DNA of 64,000 nucleotides from Babesia bigemina (Eukaryota): NCBI RefSeq assembly GCF_000981445.1, contig NC_027218.1, positions 1,736,001 to 1,800,000 of the forward strand, read 5' to 3'. Shown piece by piece: positions 48,513 to 59,732 of this stretch (position 1 is its first letter; each line of letters starts with the position of its first letter). The notes under the pieces were generated by a model. It saw only the letters and a program-made list of their open reading frames with translations, ran no database searches and was not told where the DNA came from. The position numbers and the translations under genes were made by a program.

Positions 48513-51500
48513 TCACATCACCCCGGGGTCGGAGTTGGGCAGGTTTATGCCGTGCACGGCGCGCATCTCCTTCTCGTTGAGCGCCACGTAGCAGTCGTTC
48601 CTCAGCGGCTGCTCCACCAGGTCGGTGAGGTTCTGCCGAACCATGTCGAGGAGGTCCGCGCGGTACGACCGCCCGTCGTGCTGGTAGTACACCACCTCAT
48701 CGTTCTGGAACCGCGCGCGGTTAAACACGCGCTGCTCCGCCGGAGTGAGGTCGGCCCAGCCGTGCTCAGTGAGCACCTGCCACGTGAACGTGTTGTACGC
48801 ATGCTGCAGCTCGTCCTCGTCCTTGTGCTTCGAGGCAGTGGGGGAGAAGTCCCAGCGTATAGGTTCGAAACGGCTGCGCCACGTGAGCGGAAAGGTCACG
48901 TTTACACCCACCTGATTCCAGCTTCCGATTTACCTGGTGGTAGGCTCGGCGTCGACGACAAGGTAATCCGCCTGTTGGGGACGCTGTGGATCGGGTTGAG
49001 CTTCACGTTCTTGGGGTTAACGCGACCGGGCACGCTGCTCTTGAGTATGTCTGGCATCCTAGCTGCCACTGCGTCGTTGAACGATTTTATTGGATCTGGA
49101 TCCAGTCGCATGCGTTCCTTCCACTCGTTGACGGCGATTCCCACGCCCGACGTCTTCGCACCTTTCGTGTACAGCTCCATGGAGCCGGCCAACTGCGCAG
49201 ATTTTGAGTGGCTATCGCGTCAGTCACGACTCACCAGGTGTACGTCCCGGACGGCGGCGACAATGCTCTCCGTGTCGCCGCGAACGTGCTTGGCGTAGTC
49301 TTCCTTGCTCATGTCCATGACGGACAGCGTCCCTATAGTGTGCCCGAAGTGCACCCAGACGGCGTCCTTTCCGTACATGCACCGCTTAGCGCGTATTATG
49401 TCACCGGGCTGTATTTGGCCAAGCGGTAGCCTGCGCAGCGCCTCGATGTTGGAGACAAGCGGCACTCCGTCGCAGACCGCCCAGTCCGCAATGTAGACCG
49501 GCAGCACCTTGCCCACAATGCCCAACTTTATGCGCTGGACTTCACTGCGATGCGTTCGATCCAGCTCTCGGTACGGTATGAACGCCAGGTTCTCCAAACG
49601 GCGGGGTTCGTCCGGCATTTGGTAGTCCTCGATGTCCTCCACATCGTCGCCCTGGTACTGCACCAGGAGGCCCGACGAGTACCTCTGAATGGCTCTGACT
49701 TTGAAGATCTCCCGCTTGAAGTGTTTGCGATAGATTTCCCTGTGCTTGTACATTTCTTGCACGTGGAGCGTCGACACGTTGATGTCGTTGCCGTACTTGG
49801 AGATGACCTCGAAGTACATGACGTCGCCCTTTTTGAAAACGGAGGTGAAGCCCCCGGAGGGCACCTCTTGCGGGCTGTTGAAGTGGTCGACCAACCGCAT
49901 GACCGCCAGCTTGGAGGTGTGGATATCCACCAGCAGCCGCTTCGGCTTCACGTCCTCCACCGTGCCCTTTACCAGCTGGCCCACGCTGACACCGTAGTCC
50001 TTGGTCCCGAAGCACTCCATGTTGAACTTCTCGTATTCCTCCTCGAACTTGTCGAAGGATAGGACGTCGCGGAAGTAGTACCCAAGTGGTTTGGGCACCG
50101 GTAGCCCATCGATTTCACTACGCTTTTGCCCCGAGGTTGATCCATCGTCGATTTTTGACGGCGTGCCTGTAGCGTGTAAGCGTTATTACGAAATGAGCAC
50201 ACCTATGGATCTGGGTGAACCCTCTGATGGCGCCGTAGACGCCTCGGGTGGTGAGGAGGTGGAAGCGTCACTGCGCCTTCCAAATCGCTTTATGTACGCC
50301 TCAAGCCGGTCCACCTTCGGCGACGAGTCGGGGTCAAGCATCATGGGCACCTCGAACCGAGTGCCCTGCAGCTTGGGCGATTTGATGTGCTCCACGGTGC
50401 CCTTGGTCAATTCCGCCACGTCCGCGTCGGGCTCCACACACCTAACGCTGCGCAGAATCTCCACCATGGTATCCTGAAGAATGCTCGACCTGTCCTTCCA
50501 GAACTCTTCCCAGATCCAATACGGCGTGTTCGGTTGGCACCCAAATCTGTCGTTATGCACCTTTCTCCTATCGTGCCTGCGAGATGTTATGGTCTGGCGG
50601 AGTAAACATACAGGTGCTGGATGTACTTCAGACGGTCCTCTTCGTCCTGGCGTAGACCGCGCTCGTGCACCAGCCGATTCATCGACGCATTGACACACGC
50701 ATTGAAGATGTCAGCTTTGAAATCGAGCATGCGCCTTTTCCTCGCCTGCTCGTCTTTATCGCGATGCCTTCTCAGACTGTTCTTTGCCAAGAGTTCCAGA
50801 ATTGATGGGGAAAGATGTTCGGACCACTTCATTTTAAGTGCCTTGCCGGCAATGACCACGCGGGGTGGTTTGCGGTGGCCGCTTTTCGACCGCCTGATCG
50901 GGATGTCGCCGGCGTCCGCATCAACGAAGTACGACTTCAGAACGTCGCCCGGGGTGTCGTCAGTGTGCAGGTGGTCGAAGTGGCTGTTCAGCCTATCGAT
51001 GCGTTCGTACCACATGTTGTCGTAATCGATCAGCGCTTTGCCCTCCAGCCCCTCACGCCCCTTTAGGTATTCCTCATTCCACTGTGCGATGTATATGGGT
51101 GACCCGTAGCAGTCTGTTAGGAAGTAGTCCTCGAGTTGCGGGTCCATTATCTCCAGGTTTTCGGGGATGTCTTCCGGCGGCTCCGAGTTCACGTTGGCGC
51201 GCTCGTAGTCCTTCATCGCCGCTAAAAGAAACTGGAAAATCTTGTCCTTGTGGCTGTATGAGCCTTGCCTTTCGCGCGCCATCTTGATGTACTCCTCATT
51301 TCTGGTCAGCCGGTCACGTTGGCGTTCGTACTCACGGGGCTCGTCAGGCGTGATTTCACCGGTGTATTCCTCAGCGGACCCGCCTTCTGCATCGTGGCGT
51401 GTTTCGCTGTGACGTTCACCCTCGTCGTCCGATTGTAGCTGTGGCATGATGCCCTCTCCCAGCAGGTAGAGATAATAGTCCTCGTAATTGCGTCGGAATA

Positions 51501-52110
51501 TGCGCCGGGGGTGGTCTCCGTTACCCTCTTCCTCGTCGGACCCATCCAGCCTCTGCATATAGTAGTCCTTCAGTAGGGAGTGAGGCACCTGCCTCTTTCG
51601 CATCTCGAGGAATTCGTCGATTACTGGGTCTCTCCCCATCTCGATTGGGGTCCTCAGGGGTAACTTGGGGATCCCACCGAAGTCCTCCGTCACCCAAGGG
51701 CGGCTCTCAGGCCTCAACTGCCGGAAGGTTTGTTCAAACCTCCCCAGCCTTCTCCTATCACCTCTGGTATGATACCTCCGGCCGGTTCCCCTGTATTCGT
51801 TGTACCCGTAATTGTCTCCGGCGTAGTCGTCCATCATCCACAGCCTCCTAACACGCATATCGCCCATGCTGAAGTGTACCGGCATGGCGTCACTGCCTGC
51901 ATGGCGTATATACGCAGCAGGGTGGCTTCCACGAGTGGATTTGCGCGTGCTGGCTGAGACCGGTGCATGCGGATTGATAACGGCGGATTCCGAGGTGCTC
52001 ATCGCCACTGCCACCCAGGCACAGTATCCGCACAGCATTACAATAACCAACTGTATCGCCCGCCATGCTATTCCACCCGCCTGGTTCGTGAATAGAAGGC
52101 GTGATGTCAT
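48513..52110 (-). CDS. Signal/transit-peptide protein with S1 RNA-binding domain(s) and a C-terminal WWE-like domain, 5 exons
   Basis: Four short GT-AG introns join five ORF segments in frame. S1 pattern VGQLVKGTVEDVKPKRLLVDI..FKKGDVMYFEVI. WWE-like pattern WQVLTEHGWADL..GRSYRADLLDMVRQNL..PLR. Confidence 0.7.
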
Positions 52111-53109
52111 CGTGGATCCCCAAGTCCACCGGGCATCGACGCGGCGTCATTCTACCGCCGACGCCACCAACAGTGTGCCCGGGTCCATTAAACGCACTCC
52201 GGTTGCCATAATTGAGTCGGAAGTTTCCGAACAGAGGTTCATCGCAGTGGAAGGTTCGAGATTCCACAGCAGCCGATTTGTCTCAGCCAGATATGTCCAA
52301 CGGAGTCCACATCGCAATTGCACATGGACTAAGCGTGGTAAATAATTTACTAATGATGCGATGGGTGGCGATTTTTACACATGACTTGGCGGCAATATGA
52401 ATCGCAACGATGATACCAATGCCACCACGATTACGCGACACAATGACTTGAAAAGCCCTTTTTACCAGAACCAGGCGGTAATTCCGTCCCAACTGATGCG
52501 CTATAATAGTATTGTTTAACACAGACCGTTATAGACATTAGTGTGTTGGCGCTTTGGTAACTAATGACGCTGCGCTGCTCAGTCTGTGCATACGGTCGTG
52601 TAAGGGATTTCACAGCCACGGCGCCTGTATTGCCATTTTGTGCGGATTTCGTGGCACACAACCATCTTATAAACGACTGTACGGGCGTTGTAAGGCATAC
52701 TGGTACCTTACTGGGTGTTATGCTGTGACGACAGGAGCTTGTGGACATTATCAAATGAACAACGGCAATTTGCTGCAAATCGCAATGGATACGTATGCTT
52801 TATACCTGTGTTCTCCACCGCAGCGATAGTAGCTGTGTCTATCCGTAGAAATCCGTATCTTACATCGTCCCCGCTGTACTGTAGACATGGGACGCCGCTT
52901 TGTCCGGGTAACGGACAACTGCAATAAACTAGCCGTGGGCCACAAACATTGAGTTAAGTTCGATATGTATATGCATAGATGGCACAATAATACGATGAAA
53001 AGGCTTGTCAAAGCGTTTAGACAGTTGTTACAGGGTTTAATGTTTGCCCGTGCGGCTTAGGCGATTCTTGCACCGGGCCTCATCCGAATACACTCTTGCC
53101 GAGTTACGT

Positions 53110-53397
53110 CTACGATTGGAAAAGCGCATCTTTGCCGTTGTAAGCAGGGTGGACGTAAACGAGGCTTTCCTCTATTTTTGCCCCGTGTCTCGCCCTGCAG
53201 CTGATCTTGCACTGCGGGGGTTTGTTTGGATTCGCGTCTCAACCTACCAGTAACCGGTGCATCGGCCGCATGACCTTCGTCTTGTGTTTAGTGACGCATT
53301 TGTCTATGCACTGCTGCCGCCTTTGTGCGTCGCCATCGGCGTAGGTGAATCCTGCAAGGAACATCAAGAGCGCCGCCGCTGCTCTGATAACGTTCAT
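53110..53397 (-). CDS. Small secreted CX3C-CX3C protein A (83 aa, 2 exons, absent from the ORF track)
   Basis: Exon 53397-53248, 36-nt intron 53212-53247, exon 53211-53110: MNVIRAAAALLMFLAGFTYADGDAQRRQQCIDKCVTKHKTKVMRPMHRLL|CKISCRARHGAKIEESLVYVHPAYNGKDALFQS*. Confidence 0.7.
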
Positions 53398-53876
53398 TTT
53401 TACGGGTGTTTATATTGTTACAAATGGAATTTTGAAAGCGCAGTAGAGTTTAAGAGTATCGTCAGAGTAATTTTTGTGTTTCCTCGCCAATTTCATTTGT
53501 AGAAAATTCTATGGATCCGCTGAACGTTCGGTTTGATGCGCCGGAAGTACCGTTACGTAGCGGCCCTTGTGACAGCTTTAACGCGTTTGTTGGTGTATGC
53601 TGGTATCATATACACCTATATGAATGCCAAATGGCGCCATGTAAATTGGCATTACGTGAATGAGAGCACGCGACTCTTATTGTAAGAACTGCATACTGAG
53701 CCACCGCCCTCTCTGATAACCTAGGGTGCATGAGACAAGTATTTGAGTGCGATCAAAATGATTATTGATTTGTGTTCGTATGCTACTGGACAGATTAATG
53801 GCGTGCTAATTTTTTTGTTGTCTTGGTCTCGTTGGAGTACAGTACAGTAGCGTACCAACGCACAACACTGGCGCCT

Positions 53877-54132
53877 CTACTTCTTCATCATAGCGTTACA
53901 TTTACCCTTGCACTGACGCAAATTTAGTTTCAAAACCGCAATAACTTACAAACCACCGATTGAACGTCCCTGCCCTGTATTGCTTCTCGCAATCGAACTT
54001 GCAGCTCTGGCATACATTGTCGCAGGCCCCTTGGAAGTATGAGAAAACACCTCCTTCCGCAACTCTGACCATCGTCACCGAGGCCGTTAAACAGACGGTT
54101 ATCAGAAGCTTGCAAAGGCGTTTCAACTCCAT
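53877..54132 (-). CDS. Small secreted CX3C protein B (72 aa, 2 exons, three CX3C motifs)
   Basis: Exon 54132-53950, 37-nt intron 53913-53949 (GTAAGT..TCAG), exon 53912-53877: MELKRLCKLLITVCLTASVTMVRVAEGGVFSYFQGACDNVCQSCKFDCEKQYRAGTFNRWF|CKGKCNAMMKK*. Confidence 0.72.
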
Positions 54133-54543
54133 GTTTAAAATAATACTAATGTCTGTAGATCTCAAACTCCCGTGTGAACACTAGCTCATCGGCGGAAATC
54201 CATTTTCTTAGATCCTTCGAATCTTTCTATAGTATTTTGATGCTACTGTCATACTTGAATTTTTCTTTAGCTCGATCACACGTTTAATTGCGTCGATCAT
54301 ACACCCCTTACTCCGATCAGTTGAGTCGACCTAACATCACCGCCTTATCACGATTCCATTCTTGAATCTGGAGGTTTATTGGCGCACATAATCTCTAAGT
54401 ATATACATGCTCCACCGGAATCGCACCCGCCAACCAATCTGCGCCACGGGAAATTTTGACACTACCAAAGTGGAAGCCGAGCTCCGGACTGGGTTTCGTC
54501 GTCACCAGTGAATCACATCTAATTTTACCAGGAAACAGAGAAG

Positions 54544-54893
54544 ATGACTTTACGCAAGCTAGTTCTGCGGTTGGGCGCTTTGATGGTTATCGCAGCTCGC
54601 ATCGGCTCGGTCAGCTGCGGCGATCTCACGTACCGCTTGTTGGCGGTGGGCTGCGAAGCCCGGTGTCGTAACATGTTCCCCCGTCAGGTGACTAAGGATA
54701 CGGTCGCCTCGCCGTACGACAACGCCACATACGCAGACTTCGGTGACATCAAACTGTTCTCCGTAAGTTTACACCAAACGCGATCTGATCAGTGCAGTGT
54801 CTGGAGGCGTGCCGCATGGCGCTGACGGCGTACCCGAAGGACGAAGAGGAGATACGTCGCAACGACGAGATTTCCAAGAGCCGCGGCCCTTGA
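54544..54893 (+). CDS. Small secreted CX3C-CX3C protein C (104 aa, 2 exons)
   Basis: Exon 54544-54762, 35-nt intron 54763-54797 (GTAAGT..TGCAG), exon 54798-54893: MTLRKLVLRLGALMVIAARIGSVSCGDLTYRLLAVGCEARCRNMF..DIKLFS|CLEACRMALTAYPKDEEEIRRNDEISKSRGP*. Confidence 0.7.
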
Positions 54894-55110
54894 TTGAGAT
54901 GCAACTACCGGTGGACTCTTTCGCATCCATTAGACACCGTACGCAAACACGTAGTGGGTAAATACGTTATATTTAGTTCTAAGTCCGTATTCTACACACT
55001 GGTGACAGCCGTTGCCACCGGTGCATTTGTGTACAAAAGACGTGTGGAGTCTTCGGATAACTTCGTGCCGATGCGGGAGTGCCGAACACGTAACGCGGCC
55101 GTCGCAGTCG

Positions 55111-56235
55111 CTACTGGTTAGTGAATTGCGGCGTGTCGTAGAAGCTCAGCCCGGTCATGTTGCTCATCGCCCCGTTGTTCACCATCGCTGCGCTGCCGGG
55201 CAGGACGTTCGATCCCAAGGGGCTTGTGACTTCTCCATGTGGGCTCGACACTGACGAATTGAGGATGACAGCTCCGGACGACCCGTGCAGGTTGGCGTTG
55301 ACGATGCCTGGGTTGAGCGTGGTTTGTACGTGGTGTGCCTGCATGTCCGATCCCCACTTCATACTGTTCGGCCCGTTTGCATACGGCAGCGCCATTGCGT
55401 ACGTGGGGGTGTTGTACAGGCCGTCGCTCTTGCAGTCGCCATGCAGCTGCGCAGAAGCCTTGCCCAGGCCGTAGATCACGCCCTGGTACTTCTCGTCATC
55501 CAGCTCGTTCTCGAAATACCGCTGCATGAGCTTGAAGAACGTGCGGCACGTCACCAGGCTGTCGCTCCCCGCCTGGTGCTGGGGCCCGATTCGCTTGACG
55601 TCCAGGTGCTCCGAGATGCGTTGCAGACTGCTCCTACCAGAGAGTTTGATCGAGCGCTCGTCCAGGAGGAACTTGATGTCGTACAGAGAGGGGAAGAAGT
55701 CGTGCAGGAGGTCGAAAAACTCCGACTGGTTGGCAGGCAGACTCGTGCAGGTGAGAAGCTTGAGCACGTACGCGAAGTCGTAGCTGCCATGGAAGCTTAC
55801 CCACACGACGTCCTCGTTCATGACTAGTCCGGAGGCTATTATGAGTTCCCCAAAGTGCGCGACATCGATCCCCTTGCGTAGGTGCTTCTCGAAATCGATC
55901 CCGCTCTCCTTCAGTAGCTCGATGGAGTCGTAGGCGTACATGTCGCGCTGCAGGTCGAACTTGAAGTTGAACTGCCACGTCGACACGCCGCTGGGCGTCT
56001 GCCCGTCGGCGTCGGCGAACGTGAGCCCGAGCTGAATGATCTTGAGCAGGTCGACATTGCACTTGACGGTCTGGTAGTTGTAGTCCTCTTGGTAGCTTGT
56101 GGGTTTCGCGACGATGCCGGGGAATTCCGTGTCTATGGAGACGTACGGATAATGCTCCAGTACGTCCCTTATCCTCTCGAACGCATCTTCCAAGTTATCC
56201 GACCACACGTCCACTATCTTTAGTTCTTCATCCAT
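55111..56235 (-). CDS. CAF1: CCR4-associated factor 1 deadenylase
   Basis: IVDVWSDNL, SIDTEFPG, KCNVDLLKIIQLG, TWQFNFKF, FHGSYDF and HQAGSDSLVT motifs. Confidence 0.97.
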   Translation of the reverse strand: MDEELKIVDVWSDNLEDAFERIRDVLEHYPYVSIDTEFPGIVAKPTSYQEDYNYQTVKCNVDLLKIIQLGLTFADADGQTPSGVSTWQFNFKFDLQRDMYAYDSIELLKESGIDFEKHLRKGIDVAHFGELIIASGLVMNEDVVWVSFHGSYDFAYVLKLLTCTSLPANQSEFFDLLHDFFPSLYDIKFLLDERSIKLSGRSSLQRISEHLDVKRIGPQHQAGSDSLVTCRTFFKLMQRYFENELDDEKYQGVIYGLGKASAQLHGDCKSDGLYNTPTYAMALPYANGPNSMKWGSDMQAHHVQTTLNPGIVNANLHGSSGAVILNSSVSSPHGEVTSPLGSNVLPGSAAMVNNGAMSNMTGLSFYDTPQFTNQ

Positions 56236-57414
56236 GTAGCATTTCGACTTGAGCACATTCTTTCCGAATGCGGCCACCCTCAATTACCATCTCCTAGCTG
56301 ACGCAGATTCCCAGGGTCTAGGCGTCACCACGCCCTGCCCGACGGAGGCGCGTTACGTGTCCGTCCCGGTTTGGAAACGGTGTGCGCGCCTCGCGTCGTC
56401 GATAAACTCCGGACTCGACTGGGCGTACGTCGTGGGCCTGCGTGGTAGGGGTGTTAAACCTTAGGATCGGTCGCGAGCGTCGTTCACAGATCACCCCCGA
56501 GTGCGTCGCGTCCGCGTCCGCAGAGCGCGTGATGCGTCGGATATCTCCTGTGTAGACGTGGAATTACCGGAGTAGGCGCACGACGACATTCGTAACACAA
56601 GGGCCGCAGCTCGCGTCTTCCTCGGTTTGTCCATGCACATGAAATGCACAGCCCGCTCGACGTTGGTGATCGGCTTCAGTCGCTATCCACCGACGCTTTC
56701 ACGGTAAGTTGTGTCGGGTCCGTTCTTCACGTTAAATATTCATGCCCTCGCCGGCGCCGCTGCGCATCTCACGGCGGCGATGGGGTTGTAACGTCCAGAC
56801 CGCCTCAGCGTACGGCTTTCGGAAAAAGCTGGCGCGAATATTCTAGCGACGCTCCGCTGCTTGTCTGATCCTCGATTTATAGGCCGTTGCCGTCCAGGTC
56901 CTTGTCTAGGCCGGCTACGCGCGTCACCGCTAAGGCGTGGGTGGACACTTGTGTGAGCCCGTTTACGTCAGGGGGCGCTGCTGTGTCTCCTTTCTGGATG
57001 GACCTTTTATAACTGCGTTGGTGTGTGTGTAGCGCAATCTGGTAACACGCTCGGTCTTTGGCCTTTTCTGGCGCGCACGTCTTGCTGGCAGTTACCGACC
57101 TTGTCTGTCCTCTTTGTGATCCGTTGTCCGTAGGGCTTGTGGCTGTGTCCTCAGGCCTGCTGTGATGTCACGGTATGCCCATCAAACGGCGCAGACACCA
57201 TCTTCCGCAGGCGGTCGTGGATGTGTGCTGCGTATACGCGGTACGCTGTAGCCACTGCGATTAACCATCAACTACAAATCACGCGGCGGATAGTTTTATA
57301 TACTAGCGATCATTTTTTGCGCGTCACCCTACCTACTCTTGTTGGCTGAGCAGTCGCGAGATGGGACGCGCCGTCCGGGCAGCTGCGTAGAGCTGGCGCC
57401 GGTCCCATCGCATC

Positions 57415-57806
57415 ATGAAATTTTCTAGCGCCACCTTACAGCGCAGGGTGCTGTCTGCCGGCCGCAGCGCCGCGGACTGCTTGGAGGAGTTCCGGCGCCT
57501 GGCGGCGGAGCAGTCGCGCTGTCGTTTGACCTTCGAGGGCTGGCCGCCACCTTCTCGACTGCAAATCGGCGACGGCACCGTACGTTCAAGCTCCACGAGT
57601 TCATCACGATGCAGCTGGCGCCACTGGGTCGCGACATCTTCGTGTTTCGCCGGGCGCTCAAGGACGGGCTGCGCTCCGAACCGACGCTGGTCCTCTGCTG
57701 CGCCGGCAGGCCGATGCTAATGCTGCGACGCAGCGAGTTCGAGGCGCTCGTGCAGCGCCTGCAGTGGATTAAGGACCAGATGAAAGAATTCTACAAACTA
57801 ATATAG
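57415..57806 (+). CDS. Small hypothetical protein, 2 exons, possible mitochondrial presequence
   Basis: 35-nt intron 57580-57614 joins MKFSSATLQRRVL..LQIGDGT|LAPLGRDIFVF..MLRRSEFEALVQRLQWIKDQMKEFYKLI*. GC3-rich codon usage matches the neighbouring genes. Confidence 0.6.
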
Positions 57807-57826
57807 CGTATCTGTGATTTCTGTAG

Positions 57827-59732
57827 TCATCCCTCGCCGAAGCTGCCGTCGAAGCCGCAGAACGAGGTCAGGAGGAAGATAGGGAAGTACTTCTTCTTCT
57901 CTATCTTCGAGCACCAGTTCCAGGCGGAGGTGAGGCGGCCGTCGATGCAGCTTCCCGCGTCGTTGAAGTTGTCAGCGCCACTCCCGTCGAACGCGTGTCT
58001 GAAGAAGTCCGTGAGGATCACCATTTTGAGGCGCTTCGGCCCGCCGAACTGCGTGTCGATGTACGTCCTCATCGCATCGGTGGACGCGTACAGTTCCGGG
58101 ATCTTCTCGATGCACGAGACGATGGGCGACAGTATCCGCGGGATCTGCGTGTACTTGTCGATGAACATGAACGAGTTCGGCACGTTGTGGTCGCCCAGGT
58201 GCACCATGTTCGAGCCCACCCACGCGCCGACCTGCTGCTGGACCCGGCGCAGGATCTTGCGCATGCCGTTCACCACGTTGGGGCCGTACTGCACTCGGTT
58301 GAGACCCTGGCCGGTGTTGCGCAGCCGGTACGGGTTGTCGGCGTCCAGCAGGTCCGCCTCCGCGTAGTGCCATAGGGCAAACATGTCGTGTGCGATTTCC
58401 CTCCACAGAGTCAGCGACTGCAGGACGTACGTGAACTGCTTCGCGTGCCCGTGGCTGAGGCGGGCGCCGTCGCTGCCTGCACTGATGGACAGGTTGTACT
58501 TGGGGTTGGGGTCGTTAGGGTTGAAGTTGTCCCTGAGATATGCGATCATGACGTCACACGGCCGGCGGAAGGCGCGGAGGTGCGAGTAGTGGTCCGACAG
58601 CGAGTACAGGCAGGTCTCAACCTCCTCCCGCGTCATTTCGCCCTCGTCCGCAGCGTCGCTCGAGTTGGAGAAGGGCCTCGTGATGAACGAAAATTCGATG
58701 CCCATGATCCCGCCGCTCTTCTTGCGCGCGTACTTGTTAGTCAGGTAGCGAACTGCGTCCTCCTTGGCGGCGATTTCGCGCTGCACCTCGGAGCGCGACT
58801 TGCCCTCCGGCGTTATCTCCATCGTCGCAAGCTTTATCTTGGGGTCGTGCAGCATCTCGAGGCCGCGCTTCTTCGTGGCCAGCAGGCTGAACACGGTCTT
58901 GACGGGCGCCACGCAGTCGAAGTTGAGCAGCTCCTGAATCTCAGGCTTGCGCGAGTCCATGAGGAAGTAAATCAGCTTCCCGTACGAGTTCCTGATCTTG
59001 TCCGGGTTCAGGATCTTGTACCGCCTCCCGATCTCGAACACGTTGCGGAAGAACTCCGCGTTCGCGGCGTACTCACGGTCACGCACCAGCCGCTGCCCGT
59101 CGTCGTAGTTGTGCGCAATCGCCAGACCGCTGAGGATGGCGCAGACCTCCTTGATCTCCTTCACTATGCGACGCGTCTTGCTGCCCTCGTGCAAAATGTC
59201 TATCTTGTCCGTGTATTCGCTCACGTGCAGCGTGCTGTCCAGCAGGCGCATGAGCTTGCGTTCGCCCAGGTTGAGCCTCAACGGCGCGAATTTCGCGATC
59301 TGTAAAAAGTACTCCGGGAAAGACAGCGATTCGCCGTCAACGGGCATGTTCACGTCCGGCGAAGGCACGACCTCCGTGGGCTCCAGCAGGTTTATTCCAG
59401 TGTATTCTTCTTGCTCCTCGCTGGCCGGTGCACGCTGCGCCTATTGAGCCAAAAAATCTGGTAGCGCGCACTCACCCTCTGCTCCAACACGTCTGGCAGA
59501 GCCTCCCGCAACACCTTGGCGACGTCGACATGGGCGCCAAGAGCGGCGACCGCTGAACACAGTCATCGTGCGGCACGGTAGACATACCTCGGGCGAGATC
59601 TACCCGGTCGAGCTTGGCCAGCAATTTGACGGCTTCGCTTTCCAGGGAGGTGGCGGCGGCAGCGCCGCCGTTCGCAGTCGTGCCCACATCCTCGCTGTCC
59701 AGGAGGCTGGAGAGCTTGTTGGGCCCCGCCAT
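57827..59732 (-). CDS. UPF0652/DUF2009 family protein
   Basis: PLRL..ERK, VSEYTDKID, EIGRRYKILNPDK, GARLSH..QFTYVLQSL, HLGDHNVPN and GSCIDGRLTSAWNWC motifs. Two short 5' exons. Confidence 0.9.

Noticed and set aside
52450..52475. GCCCTTTTTACC resembling U5 loop 1
   Set aside because: Inexact match with no flanking stem.
52554..52960. Possible fourth Cys-containing small gene (CIRSC) with intron-like signals
   Set aside because: No signal peptide, no second CX3C and no coherent spliced model found.
54535..54550. ACAGAGAAGAT resembling U6 snRNA
   Set aside because: It is not followed by TAGCATGGCCCC, and it runs into the ATG of CX3C gene C.
53110..54893. The CX3C genes as small Tim chaperones (gene A has CIDKCV and 16-aa spacing)
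   Set aside because: All three have hydrophobic signal-like leaders and variable spacing (13, 16, 32 aa), whereas small Tims lack such leaders. Not formally excluded without a profile search.
30335..59732. PA200, cullin and DUF2009 as a functional proteostasis cluster
   Set aside because: They are interspersed with unrelated housekeeping genes, and eukaryotic adjacency alone is not evidence of a system.
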